NCBI GenBank assembly: GCA_054600435.1
Contig: BAAIJX010000004.1
Span: 558,001-622,000 of the forward strand
Direction of reading: 5' to 3'
Source: Neophaeotheca triangularis
Taxonomy: Eukaryota
DNA length: 64,000 nucleotides
Positions 1-14,548 of the stretch are shown piece after piece. Within the stretch, counting starts at the first letter, position 1; the number at the start of each line of letters is the position of its first letter. The notes below the pieces were generated by a model. That model did no database searches and was not told the origin of the DNA. It saw only the letters and a program-made list of their open reading frames with translations. The translations under genes and the position numbers were made by a program.

Positions 1-286
1 CAGTCTCGTGGCGCAGTTCTTTGACCCGCGGGCTGCTGCTGCTGCTGTCGGGAGTGGGGGCGAGAGGCGGCGGACGCTGTTCGATTTCATGGCTTCGCAT
101 TATCATGTGCGTGATGTTGAGAGGGCGAGGCATCCTTTTGAGTTGGAGGCGTGCAAGAGGGAGGATGTGTTGCTGAGGCTTGACGCCAGGCATCATGGCT
201 TGGGGACGGGGAGTTGCGGCCCGGCTACGCTCGAGCAGTATAGGCTTGAGACTGGGGATTTTGAGTTTGCCATGGTTCTGCAGTAG
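1..286 (+). CDS. Beta-galactosidase (GH2, LacZ-like), C-terminal fragment truncated by the window edge
   Basis: The C-terminal peptide LRLDARHHGLGTGSCGP..YRL..FEF resembles the conserved end of the LacZ small-chain domain; stop at 284-286. Confidence 0.8.
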   Translation, partial: SLVAQFFDPRAAAAAVGSGGERRRTLFDFMASHYHVRDVERARHPFELEACKREDVLLRLDARHHGLGTGSCGPATLEQYRLETGDFEFAMVLQ

Positions 287-3200
287 GGGGGTTGCAGGAA
301 TCGTGGGGGTCAGGGGGCAGTGACGCTGGCGTGGCATGGCAGGGGGTTTAGGGCTGTGAAGGCTGTTCAGCTGTATGAAGAAGGCGTGTTTGGACCCCTT
401 GCCTGCCACGTATATATGCGACTAGTCCTTGCTAAAATGCCCTGCTTTCCAATCAGTATCACTCTGTCGCTTTCCAGAGTCCTCGTTCTGAGCTTCGTCG
501 TCTATAATCACCTCGGTAACAGGGTTTCAATGCTCACAGCTTCACTTCCATCGGACAAACGCCATCTCTACCGCTTCGTTGCACGCAGTTGAAGTGGGAG
601 AGGCGGGGCTGGAAAAGGCGAGAAAGTCTTATGAGACCGTAGTCGGGATAGCAGAGAGACACACAGCGAAGGCAGAAGTGAATGGAAGTTTCAGTCCTAG
701 AGACGACGCCAGTCGCGCTAGTGGAAAATGTTGCTTGGTCTGAGTGAATCCTGGTGTATCGCAAGGGTTGAACCGGGGAGGTTGGTCACTGGCACCTAGT
801 TACGTCGGGAACTTCCCTAGGGTTTGGCAGTTCCACGATGTCGAGTTTCTAGGTTTGCAGATGCTTCAGATCGGTCTTGTGAGACGTGTTGGTTGGTCCG
901 TAACATGGCAGAGTAGGTGTAGATACGGTGGCCTCGGCTCCTGGTAGATGCGCATACGTCGAGCAGCTTGGACGGCTCGGGAGTGGTATACTTGTAGCAG
1001 CAGTGGCTTCGTTAGTATTGCTTTCATTTCTTACCGTCGGCCGGAACCTCGACTGAGCGGCCGATCTCTTGTGCTCGTCCAGACCTCGCCTGCTCTGATT
1101 TTACTCCCACCGGAGACGGCGGGTGTGAAACGTGAAAGACAGACAGCCGGCGCTCTCGGCGCGTAGACTCTGGTAATCGGCAGCCGTTAGCAAGCGTCCT
1201 CCATCGAGAATGAGAGCAAACATGTTGTCCGCCGGCTTGTCTATGAAAATGTCCATCCAACATTGAACAAAAGCCATATAGTACCTAGGTGGTTTAGGAC
1301 GATGCGGACTTAACTGATATGACGAGTACTTGTACTCCTACCTCGAACTCTCCCGTCACTTACCACCATGGTGCAGGGTAGTAAATGCTGACGCTCATAC
1401 TCACACACCTCACCAGCGTGTGGCGGAACACTACAAGCGTGATGTGTATCGAACAGACAGCTGCCATACTCGCCGAGTCGTCGATAGCATGTGTGAAAAG
1501 ATGGCGCTAGAGGCGTCGGCTGGGAAAGGTTAAAAGGTTTTTTGGTGTGTGCTGTTTCGACTCGCTGAGAGGTGTTTCTACCAAGGAGCCATTGCGATTT
1601 TAAAGGATTATGTTGTGAGAAGAGAACTGGCAAAATAATAGATGAGCGCGTAGGGTCATAAGTTGTCTGCTCTCTTACCGTGCAGGAGGCCGATGAAGTT
1701 GCGGGTCGTTAGGTGCGTCAAGACCTACTTGGTGCTAAGACGAGGAAACGATACCAGGCAGGTTGTTTCCACTTGATGAAGCTGTGGTGTGCGATGGCAG
1801 CCCCAGGCAAGACGTAGGCCCAGTGTGCAGTAGGTACCAGTATGTAGGTATGTTTCGGACCACAAGCACGTCGACGTGCAACTACAAAGCCGTGGCACTG
1901 GAGATGCTCGAACCCAAGAGTTCCCCGTGGCTGTGTACCTAAAGGTAGGTTTAGGTTCATTGAGTTCGATCGAGTACCTGTCGCTTGCATGAGACACAAA
2001 AGGCAATTCGCAATCGGCCATGATTGGTCTTTGGGCGAGCGCCACTTTTCACCCCGAGACCGAGACCGAGACCCTGTTCATGTCCATGTCCATGTCAGGT
2101 ACGATGAGATGCATGCGGCATGCCTGCCTTTAATACCACTACTGCCTGCCCTGAGTCTGCCAAGTAAAAGAGTCCGCCACAGCTACAGGTGTTGAGTATT
2201 ATTTAATACAAGGCAGGGCAGGGAGAGATAAGGGGGAGGGGTCAGCAACTGCCAACTGCCCTGCCCGCGTGTTGTGAGTGCTGACGAGACTGCTGACGAC
2301 TGCCCAGTGTATGTACGACTGCGGCTGCCCACCCAAGGAAGGCTTCCAAGGCTGTTTTGACATTTAAAAGGGGAGGGAAGGGAGAAGAAGCGGACAGTAC
2401 CTACATACTAGTAGTACCTGGTGATGTTTTTTGATGAGGAGGGTACGTACACCGATCGTCGGAAAAGCTTGGCTCTCCGAACCGCACTGTGACATGTCAC
2501 GCTGAACGCTACATAACCTACCGTGTCGTAAGGTGCTAGTACATATCAAAAGTCAGGCTCAGCTCAATTGATTATGACATTGTTGTTACAATTACTGCCA
2601 CTACCATATAATATATCATCATCGGATCATGTCGTCTCTTCTTGAAGCACGTGAAATGGAAATTATCATTGTAGTAGTTGTCGAGGGTCCATGGCACAAC
2701 GGGCCCACGTAATGATAATAATAATAAGAGCGAACCCTGCATGCGCATGCATCCTTCACATGCTTAGGTACTTACCTACCAGGTATGCTTCTCGCCGCCC
2801 TAGCCAGCCTTCCCCTAACTGAGACGTCCCAACTACCAAGACCCACCTTAGCTCTCCGCCCGTTCCCTCGCCTTCTAATTCTTCTTCTTCTGTCAATAAT
2901 AATAATAATTGACTGGTTATGTTTTGCTGAGTACGAGAGAGACCGACAACAACGACGACGACCGCTGACTACCACCACCACCACCACGACCACCGTCACG
3001 CCCGTTCCGCACTCCCTTTCCCTGCATCATCTCACTCACTCGTTTCAGCTTTCGCCTTGCCGCTTCATCACCCGTCGTCCACTACTCCATCCATCTCCGC
3101 TGTCCTCAAGAAGTAGTCAAAAAGGACAACCTCCACCACACCCATAACCCCCCTGCACCCGCTACGATACTGCACCTTAGACTTCGGCTAGAACACATTT

Positions 3201-3672
3201 ACGCCTGCACTAGCGGCAACGGCCAAAAAGCCCTCGCAACCCGACCAAACTCCCACTACGGACTTTTTGGGGTTGGCGTGTCATCGATTCGTCCACCTCC
3301 GTCCAGGTCTCCACTTTCTGACCTTCCATTACCGGCCGGCCAATCTGTCGCAAGAACCATCCTCACTACTGTTCACTCCAGACCCCTTCGCCATACTACT
3401 CCGCCTCATCCACCTCTTCGTCCCACACCATACACCATACAAACCAGACGAGAGCTGTCAACGCCATCACCACTACCGTCACCACCACCACCACCACCAT
3501 CTACCCACTACACCGACTGCGTCGCCATCGCCGACACCACCGTGCCTGACCACTAACTTGACCTCGCCGCCACGAGCATAATCCGCCGTCAGTCTACAGA
3601 CATACACTCGCATACCCCTCGCATGGTTGCAACCTCTTGAATTCATCCTCACCTCGCCTGCAATCCATCGTC

Positions 3673-6211
3673 ATGGCACCAAATCCACCACCTCTCTCTC
3701 GAGCCTACTCCCGCGAATCCTTCTACGACGCCGAACAATCCTCCCAAGCCGGTCGCTCCCAAAATAACCTCGCCGCACAAGCCTCCGCACAATCGCTCCG
3801 AGAAGCCTCGCGATCGGGTAGACCGACTAGCAGCTCGTCCAACACCCAACGCAATCTTTTATCACGGAGACCGAGCAACAGACCGCATGCTGTGACCACC
3901 GACCATGCTTTGACTTCCCCATCTGGAAGTGACCCGCCCAACAGCGGAGTACCATTCATCACCGGCGGCGACTCGCCCACTGACCCCAGACCGACTGGTT
4001 CCGACTCAATAGAGGGAAGTAGAAGAAACAGCGGCGATGGCTCCATCGTGTCTACGTCTTCAAACAACACCAATGGACCAGCTGGACCGTCTAGACAAAC
4101 ATCGCGCATGGGTCTGCTACGGCCGTCAGCAGGGACCTTGCACAACAACTCTTCAGTCACGAGTCTGAGCAGAATGGGTACACCGAGATCAGTTAGAGAC
4201 TTGGGCTCGGATTACACTCGATACTACAACCCCTTTGCATCTACAGCCGACAACTCCCGAAACAACTCGCAATTGGACCTGAGTAGTGCGCAGTACGGTT
4301 CCACCACACAACTCCTACCCAACCAGGGCCTTTCCGGAACCGATCTCGAACGGCGTCTTTCGAACCCCTTCGACAACCGGAAACGTTACTCAGCTGGCTC
4401 CAACCCTTTCGAATCTGCCTCCAACACCATTCCCGGCACACCCGTTTACGAAGGCAGAGATGATGGAGGAAAGGGTGCCAAGGCAGCAGGCGGGGCCGTC
4501 ATCACCACCGAAGCCATGTCACCGTACGGCACACCTGGTTTCATAACCGATGCAGACCCAGAGAAGAACACCTTCTTTCCCTACATGGATGATAGACTAG
4601 GAGCGCCGGAGTACGGTTTCCCGCTCTTCGCCGACGAAAAAGAAGACGACGACGATATGCACATGCCGGCCTGGGATGACGACATCAAGCTGAAACCGAA
4701 ATTCAAGGATCACTTTACTAGGGAGAATATGTGCTCGACTTTTGGTCTCATTTTTGTCATTCTCGGCCTTCTGACCCTCTTCGTCGTTCTCCCCGTCGTG
4801 TCCTGGACTGGTACGAGTCTGATAAATTACACCTACCAAACTCCTCTAGATCAGATGCCAGGGAAGGAGGCGTTTGAGCCGTGGTCATGGGTGAACGACG
4901 AAGAACACCCGCTATTCCGCAACATGAGACAGGGTTTGATCGACCCGGATACACCAAAGAGCGCTGGAACACGCAAAGGCTTGAACGGAGCGGAGTACAA
5001 GTTGGTGTTTAGCGATGAATTCAATGAGCAGAACAGAACTTTCTACATGGGTGACGACCCGTACTGGTACGCGCCGGACATTTGGTACGGAGCCACGAAT
5101 GATCTCGAGTGGTATGACCCTGACGCTGTCAACACTGGTGAGTTTCGACCCATAGTACTGAGCTTTTCCACGGACATCTACTAACGACCATTTAGGCGAC
5201 GGCACTCTACGACTTCAGATGGACCATTTCCAGATCAAAGGACAAGACTTCCGCTCAGGTATGCTGAACAGCTGGAACCAGCTCTGCTTTAAGGGCGGCA
5301 TGTTTGAAGTCTCCATTTCCCTCCCCGGACCCGCAGGAGTCCACGGTCTTTGGCCCGGCGCCTGGACCATGGGCAACCTAGGCCGACCTGGCTACCTCGC
5401 CTCCACTGAAGGCGTCTGGCCGTACACATATGATTCCTGCGACGCCGGAATCACCGCCAACCAGTCCATGGAAGACGGCACCTCCATTCTTCCCGGACAA
5501 AAGCTCGCCAGCTGCGTCTGCCCAGGCGAAGACACCCCGAGCCCAGGCCGAGGCCGCGGCGCCCCGGAAATCGACATTGCTGAAGTCTCCGCTGATTGGG
5601 GCGACCTCAACGTCGGTGTTGCCACGCAAACCTACCAAGTTGCCCCTTTCGATGTCTGGTGGTACCCCAACTACGATTTCATGGAGCTGCCCAACTACAA
5701 CCTTTCTATGGTGAACACGTGGGCAGGAGGACCTCTCCAACAAGCCGTCTCCGCCACGACCATGCTCAACAACTCTTGGTACGATGGCGAAGCCTTCCAG
5801 TCTTATTCCTACGAATACGTCCCCGGCACTTCCTCCGACTCGCACGTAACCTGGTGGATCTCCGACGAGCGCATGATGACCTTTGACGCGCGCGCCATCG
5901 GGCCCAACGGCAACGTCGGCCAGCGCGTCATCGCCGAAGAACCACTGCACATCATTCTCAACTTGGGAATCTCGGAGAACTGGGTAGCCATCAGCTGGGA
6001 CGAACTCAAATTTCCCGCTGTCATGCAGTTCGATTACGTGCGGTGGTATCAGAAAGAGGGCCAGGAGATGGTCACCTGCGACCCGCCGGGTTACGAGACT
6101 ACAAAGTACATCCGCGACCACATCAAGGCGTATAACAACCCGAATGTCACGACTTGGGAGGATACCGGGTATCCGTGGCCGAAGAACAGTTTGGTGCATG
6201 GGTGTGATTAG
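3673..6211 (+). CDS. KRE6: Beta-1,6-glucan synthesis-associated protein KRE6/SKN1 (GH16, type II membrane); exons 3673-5137, 5196-6211
   Basis: Low-complexity N-terminus, EDDDDMH followed by one TM helix, then LIDPDTP, LVFSDEF, DLEWYDP, GLWPGAWTMGNLGRPGY, GRGAPEIDI and DYVRWYQ. Intron 5138-5195 (GTGAGT..CTAAC..TAG) joins the two ORFs in frame. Confidence 0.93.
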
Positions 6212-6700
6212 ATTGACATGAAAAATAAGGGATCGGGAAACGGGGAAGATCACGGAAGAAAAGACTGTGGAAATCGACGTGTTGTGCGTGTGCAGTAAAG
6301 AGAAGTATAATTTTTGGTCTTTTGGGCTCGAAGCAACGCTGTGATGGTGTTATAGAATACCGAACGGGAAGGGAAGGGAAGGAGGGGGGGGAGGGAGGTA
6401 GTAGGGGGGAAGCCAGACCGGCGCCGCTGGGAGTTTGTTCGTCTTGTTTTTGGTTTCTTTTCTTCTCTTCTGAACCAGGGTTTGAGCATTTTCAGTAGAT
6501 TGGCCGGCGCGGTTTTGGGGGAGGGGCGGGCCACTGGATGGAGCTATTCTATTATGTCGGGTTTCGGGCATCAAAGCTTCGCTTCGCGAATTGTATAAAC
6601 TTTTTTCTTTGTACTTGCACTTTCACCTCGTCTTTGATGGTAATTTTTTCTCGCTCTGGTTGGTTTAAGGGGCATTCTTCGCTTTGCCCGCTTATCCGGG

Positions 6701-6734
<34 letters not shown>

Positions 6735-7547
6735 GTCGTCGCCTTCCTCTCTCTGTGAGGTGGTTTGCATTCTGTGCTTTAAAGGGAGAAAGTGTTATCT
6801 GCTTGCTCTACTTTTTCTTCTCTTTTTTCCCCATTTCGAGAAGGATACATACATGTCAACACCCGGCCTAGTGAAACGCATGAGAACATGCCGCAACGAC
6901 GACTACTAGCGGTCTCCTGCAGCGTTAAGAAGAGGAACCGGCTGACCGCAATGAAAGGCCGGCATTCATAAAAGTTATATTTGTAATCTCGACGGTCGTC
7001 GCTCTCGACCTCTTTCTCGCCTGCCTCACCGCGAGGCAGCATATGTGACTGAGACGATGTTATTTAACGTTCTTGGAACCCCCTAAGAAAGTGAAAAAGT
7101 GAGAGACGTGGCAGAGCTAACGTCCTCCTCTCTTCTCCGCTGAATAGCTGACCGTGTCGTATACTCGTCGGGGCGTCTAGAATGGGCTTGTAGTGCATCG
7201 GCGGGATTTTGAGGAACTGATTGCCATGTCAAAGTACTTCTCTTAACCTTTGCAATACGAGTTTATTCGATAAATCACTCGAAGTCTATAGTCATGACAG
7301 CCTCGGTACTTATCTGCCGGAGCAGTCACGGTGAATAGATGAGGATAAATTTGAAGATGGATGACCGGTGCAGGTGTAGTGCAAAGATATGGATGATGTC
7401 TCAAGGCAAGCGGCAAGTGAGGTAAGGCAACATCAGGCAGAAATGTAGATTGCACGGACCAATTGATAATGATAAGGCTGGCTGGAGGCGGTGACGCTGT
7501 AAAGTGGGCGGTTCGGGTGAATTTTTGTTGAAGACTGCTCTAGTTTC

Positions 7548-7560
7548 TTCCAGAAGCTAC
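7548..7560. promoter_or_regulatory. Possible imperfect heat-shock element upstream of hsp88
   Basis: TTC-ca-GAA-gc-TAC (two perfect nGAAn units plus one mismatched unit) about 240 bp upstream of the Hsp110 ATG. Confidence 0.3.
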
Positions 7561-7747
7561 CTACTACTTTACTACTTTACTACTGACTACCACCAACCAC
7601 CACCCATACCACATTCTCATTCCACCGCACAAAGGCTACTGTCGCTTCTCATACTCTACTCGACAAACTAAACCTTGCCGCGACCACATCATCCAAGGCT
7701 CAAAACCCAAGCCTGGAGTAATCCGCAAACGACACACGCTACATTGA

Positions 7748-10138
<2,391 letters not shown>

Positions 10139-10762
10139 ACTTTCCCTTCAACGGTCCAAGGGAGTCCGCTAGTGGAGCGAAGCGTGGGGGATGGGGAACC
10201 TGATGTCTTTTCGAACTTTGACTAACTTCCCTTTCTTCATCTCCTGTCCTAGCAGAGTGGTACACGCGCATCCACGACGGGTATCAGGAACCCAGTTTCG
10301 TCTCGGAAGACGAGGAGGACGAGGGCAGCTCGGAATTCAACGAGGGGCCTGATAGTTTCAGTTAGGCGCGAACCGGGACGAAACAGAAAACGGCTGGATG
10401 CGATGCTATGCGATGCGATGCGAACGAATGAGAAAAACGAGTCTTGTGCTGCTGCTGCTTATATTTCTGTCTTTCCAATGGCATGACCCGCATGGCGTGG
10501 CGACAGGGTGGGTGGGAGGGGGGGTGTCTCCGGTTTTATAGACGTGAAGAAAATCTTCCTTTACTCCTACTTTTTTTTTTTTTCAGTCGATTTCCCCCCC
10601 CCACCACATCCCCTTTTCTCTTCTCTCTCTCCCCACATCTCTCTCGCAGTAATTTCTCCACGTCCTTCTCATCCCACGCAACCCTCTTTTGTATCCTGTC
10701 CCGCATTCACGGATGTTGATTGCATCGACCGAAGAAGGCTCGCTTGCAAAAGTAGCAACAGA

Positions 10763-10797
10763 TGGGTGGACGGATGGATGGATGGATGGATGGATGA
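10763..10797. repeat. (GGAT)n microsatellite, imperfect
   Basis: Direct reading of a GGAT/GATG tandem run; the complementary (CCAT)n run is at about 11028-11060. Confidence 0.8.
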
Positions 10798-11114
10798 AGC
10801 AAAAAAGAGATGGCAACCCACCTACTCAACCCACACCACCCACCTACTAGCGAACCAGCCATACCCTCGAGAGGAGAAGAGAAGAGAAGAATAAAGTAAG
10901 CCCCCCGCTCTTTAGACCAGTCGGAAAGCACGCACGACAAAAGTCACAAGGAAAAATCGCAAATGTATTGGATGTAATTACTCGAGTGAGTTCACACGGT
11001 TTGATCCTCGATGCCCTCCCTACTTATCCATCTATCCATCCATCCATCCATCCATCCATCCACTCTTCCTCATCGCTTGTTCTCGACGATCAATCGGTCG
11101 GTCGGTTCGCGGTG

Positions 11115-11283
11115 CATACATACACACATACAGACATACATACACACATACATACACACATACATACACACATACATACATACATACATACATACATACA
11201 TACATACATACATACAGACATACATACATACATACATACATACATACATACATACATACATACATACATACATACAGACATAC
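11115..11283. repeat. Long imperfect (CATA)n tetranucleotide microsatellite
   Basis: About 170 bp of CATA units with CACA/CAGA interruptions; it produces the spurious HTYI/MYVC ORFs. Confidence 0.95.
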
Positions 11284-11975
11284 ACAAGCACACAACCACT
11301 AACATCTAATATGCGTACGAGGCAATTAGGGGGAAAAAAAAGGAAAAAGGTAGAAACGCAATCGACAGTGAAGCAAAACAGGCCAGAGAAAGGGAAAAAA
11401 AAAACGGGTTCGTTCGTGTGTATAAGTGGAAAAAAGAGAGCAAGGTAGTGGGTATTTTTCTTGAACTGAAGTCTCTTTGATATTGATTTCTTTTTTCTCT
11501 CGCGTCTACAAATTGTTGGGAGGGATTTACAATCCGTCCATCCTATCCCATCCAATCCCATCCTATCCCCCATCGCTGCTTCGCTGCTTCCCGGGTCTTG
11601 GGGAAGTGGTGGAAGGGCGGAAACGGGACTAAAGGGGGAACACAAAGGTTTTCCGATGCAATGCGGTATGTACAGTCCCCCCCAACCCCTCATCCCTTCT
11701 CCTTCGCTTTCCTCTGCTTCGTCCTGCTTGGTCTATCTATAAACGTGAAAAGAAGACAGAAGGCAACCATCAAGAAAGAAGCGCTTGTCGAAACCCCCGG
11801 CGCCGGAATCCATGCGCGTCGTCCGTTCGTTTCGTGGTGAATTCGTGTCGTTGAAGTAAAAGTCGGGAAAGAAGAAAGAAAGATGGAAAGAAAGATGGCG
11901 CCAAGGTCGTCTCCTCTAGTCGCTAGCTGATCAAAAAGCCAGAGACAGGTCGATAACGGCAAAAGCATCATCCTC

Positions 11976-13499
11976 TCAAGGAGAAGACCTCCCAACGACA
12001 CCCCTCTCCAAACCCTCTTTCGAAAACGATCCGGTTTCCAACCCCGGCGTCGCCAGCTTCCCTCCCCCGGCTCCTTCTCGGCCTTCCCGCTGCGAAACTC
12101 CACTCGACTGAAATTGCGACCCTTGCTGCGAACCCCTCGGCGAACCCAGCTGATAGAGGGCCGCGAGAGCTTCGCGCTCTGCGGCGGCGGTTTCCGTCTC
12201 GGTGCGTATTGTCGGGGGACGTGCGGCGGGTGCCGGGGTTAGAGATTGGGATTGGCGGTGGGGATGTTGGGAGGGGAAGTGAGGGGTTCGGGGCGGAGAC
12301 ATGACGGAGGCTGAGGTTGTGGTTGGGGCTGTTGTGGTGTGATTGGAGGTCGAGGTGTTGGAGTGGGAGTAGTAGGAGGAATCGTGGTGGTGGGTTCGGC
12401 TTTGGCGCTGGGATTGAGGGCGGATGTCTGCGGGGGGTGCGAGACGAGGCCCTCCTCCTTCACCATTGTTGGGAGCGCGGTGGTATTGCAGCGGTGGCGA
12501 GATGGCCATTCCCCAAGGGCCTGAGTGGCGCTTATTCGGCGGCGACGCGACGACCTCACCATTCCTATTGCCATAGCTCTCGTACATTGACAACCTCGCC
12601 GCACCATTCGTGAGCCCGCTACTGACCGGCCTGCCGGCAGCGCCATGGCCGTACTCTCCCCCGTAGCCCATACCATGTCTCCTCGGCGAAGCCTGCTGTG
12701 CTGCAAGTTGTTCCACTTCGGCCAGACTGCGATTCTCCCACCCCTGCTGCACCTTCGCCATGGCGTACTCGAGACGCGTGCGCAGCGTCGCTGCCATTTC
12801 GCTTGCGCGGCTGGAAGTGGTCGAAGACACGCTTTCGCCGCGTGATCTGCGCTGGCCGCTGACTGGGCCCGTCATGGGAGTGGATGTGAGGCTCGCCGTC
12901 TTGACGTGCCCGCTTGCTGTGCGCTTTGCGCCGTTGATGGAGGCTGGGGAGGTGATGGTCACGGGGTTGGCGAGCGTGGGGTTATTGTTGTTGTTGTCGT
13001 TGTCGTAGGAACGCGTTGGCTGGAAGGGAGGAGCTTCGGGAGTACGCACTCGACCATGGTCTAGGTGTCTTGAGGCAAAAGACTTGGATGGCGCGCTCTC
13101 AATTGGCGATGTAGCGTCGGTGTATTGGGTTGATTGAGTCAACTGAGATGTGGACGAGTTACTCGACGTCTCTTGCAGGGCGGCTTGCGCGAGACTGCTG
13201 CCATTGCTCTGCAGGCTGAGAAAGCTCTCTTGGCTGGCGGGCGCGGACAATGGCTGGGCGTTGGAGTTGTCGTCAACGGCGGGGATGTCGTTGTTTTGGG
13301 GTGGTTGTTGATACGGCGGTCGGTATAGCGGGAGTGAATCGGTTTGCGGCAGGCTACGCGTCGGGCGCGTGGGGCTCTGAATGGCATTGTGAGTTTGGTT
13401 GTGTGGGTAAGTGTGAGTAAATGTGTCGCGTAGTTGCGATGTCTGACGATGCGAGCGTGGCGTGGTCGGCGTGGTCGGCGTGGCCATGGTTGTTTCCAT
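11976..13499 (-). CDS. Whi5/Nrm1-family G1/S transcriptional repressor (mostly disordered)
   Basis: The motif LRTRLEYAMAKVQQGWENRSLAEVE resembles the Whi5-like GTB motif; there are many S/T-P sites, including TPR, SPR and SPPR. Confidence 0.78.
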   Translation of the reverse strand: METTMATPTTPTTPRSHRQTSQLRDTFTHTYPHNQTHNAIQSPTRPTRSLPQTDSLPLYRPPYQQPPQNNDIPAVDDNSNAQPLSAPASQESFLSLQSNGSSLAQAALQETSSNSSTSQLTQSTQYTDATSPIESAPSKSFASRHLDHGRVRTPEAPPFQPTRSYDNDNNNNNPTLANPVTITSPASINGAKRTASGHVKTASLTSTPMTGPVSGQRRSRGESVSSTTSSRASEMAATLRTRLEYAMAKVQQGWENRSLAEVEQLAAQQASPRRHGMGYGGEYGHGAAGRPVSSGLTNGAARLSMYESYGNRNGEVVASPPNKRHSGPWGMAISPPLQYHRAPNNGEGGGPRLAPPADIRPQSQRQSRTHHHDSSYYSHSNTSTSNHTTTAPTTTSASVMSPPRTPHFPSQHPHRQSQSLTPAPAARPPTIRTETETAAAEREALAALYQLGSPRGSQQGSQFQSSGVSQREGREGAGGGKLATPGLETGSFSKEGLERGVVGRSSP

Positions 13500-14548
13500 G
13501 TTGGTGGGTGAATGGTGGGTGATGGTGGTGGTGGTGGTGGTGGTGGTAGTAGTAGTAGTAGACGGCGGTGCAAGACGGGTAGGGCAGGGCAGGGCAAGTA
13601 GGCAAGGTACTGTATGCCGTCTAGAGATGGAGGTGGAGATGGAGATAGATGGATACTGGGATATGATGCTTCGACCGCGCAGGAGTTCGACGGCACGAGG
13701 GTGGGACTGGGACTAGGACTGGGACTAGGACTGGGATTGCGGTGGAGGAGTTCGCTATTAGGGTCTTATTATTGCTGCATGTCGGTCGCGCTTGCAATAT
13801 GTAAGGTAAGTTACTATCCCCCCCGCTTAACACGCTCGCTCTTGCCCTTGGTTGTACTTGTGGTGGACTGACGCGGTCAAGGCGGCTGCCCGATTCAACA
13901 AATACAGAAAGGTAAGTCTCCCACTGCCCGACGCGACGACAGCGGTCGATGAACACATTTCTTCCCTCCCCTCTTCTACCTACCTAAAGCCAAGGACTAC
14001 CTACCCTACTTGCCTACCCACCCGAGTCGGGCAGTCACCTTATTATTATGATGAGTCGGTCATTGTTTTCGCGTCTGCCGGCCCAGAGAGACGGGAAGAG
14101 TCAAGACGCACTTTAGCAAGCAAGCCAAGTGGGGGTCGCCTCCGCGCCTCACGTGATCACGCGCCGCGATAAAGTCCGGCCCTCAGCAAATCAGCACGAG
14201 CGAGCGTCATGAGCATTGTGGGTGCAATGTCGCCAGCATGTCACGTGCTTACCGGAATGGACCGTGACTTGCTTGCATCGAACGTGATCGTGATCGAGGT
14301 GCCTCGAGAAAACCATACCGTTGACTTCCATCCACTGTACATTTCGCTGCTAAATCACAATACATAGTATCAGATAGCCGCTTCCTTTATCCCAAAAACA
14401 AAAAGTGTCCAACTCACACCACTACTAAACCCAGCTGAAATCCCGACCCCCCAGAAACGCCATGATGCCCTCAACAAACTCCCAACCAGATCAGATACAC
14501 AACCAAACAAAACCAAGATCAGACCCAACCATCCCCCTATCCCCATTC

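Noticed and set aside
10968..11693. ORFs rich in HTYI/MYVC repeats
   Set aside because: These are translation artefacts of the (CATA)n and (CCAT)n microsatellites.
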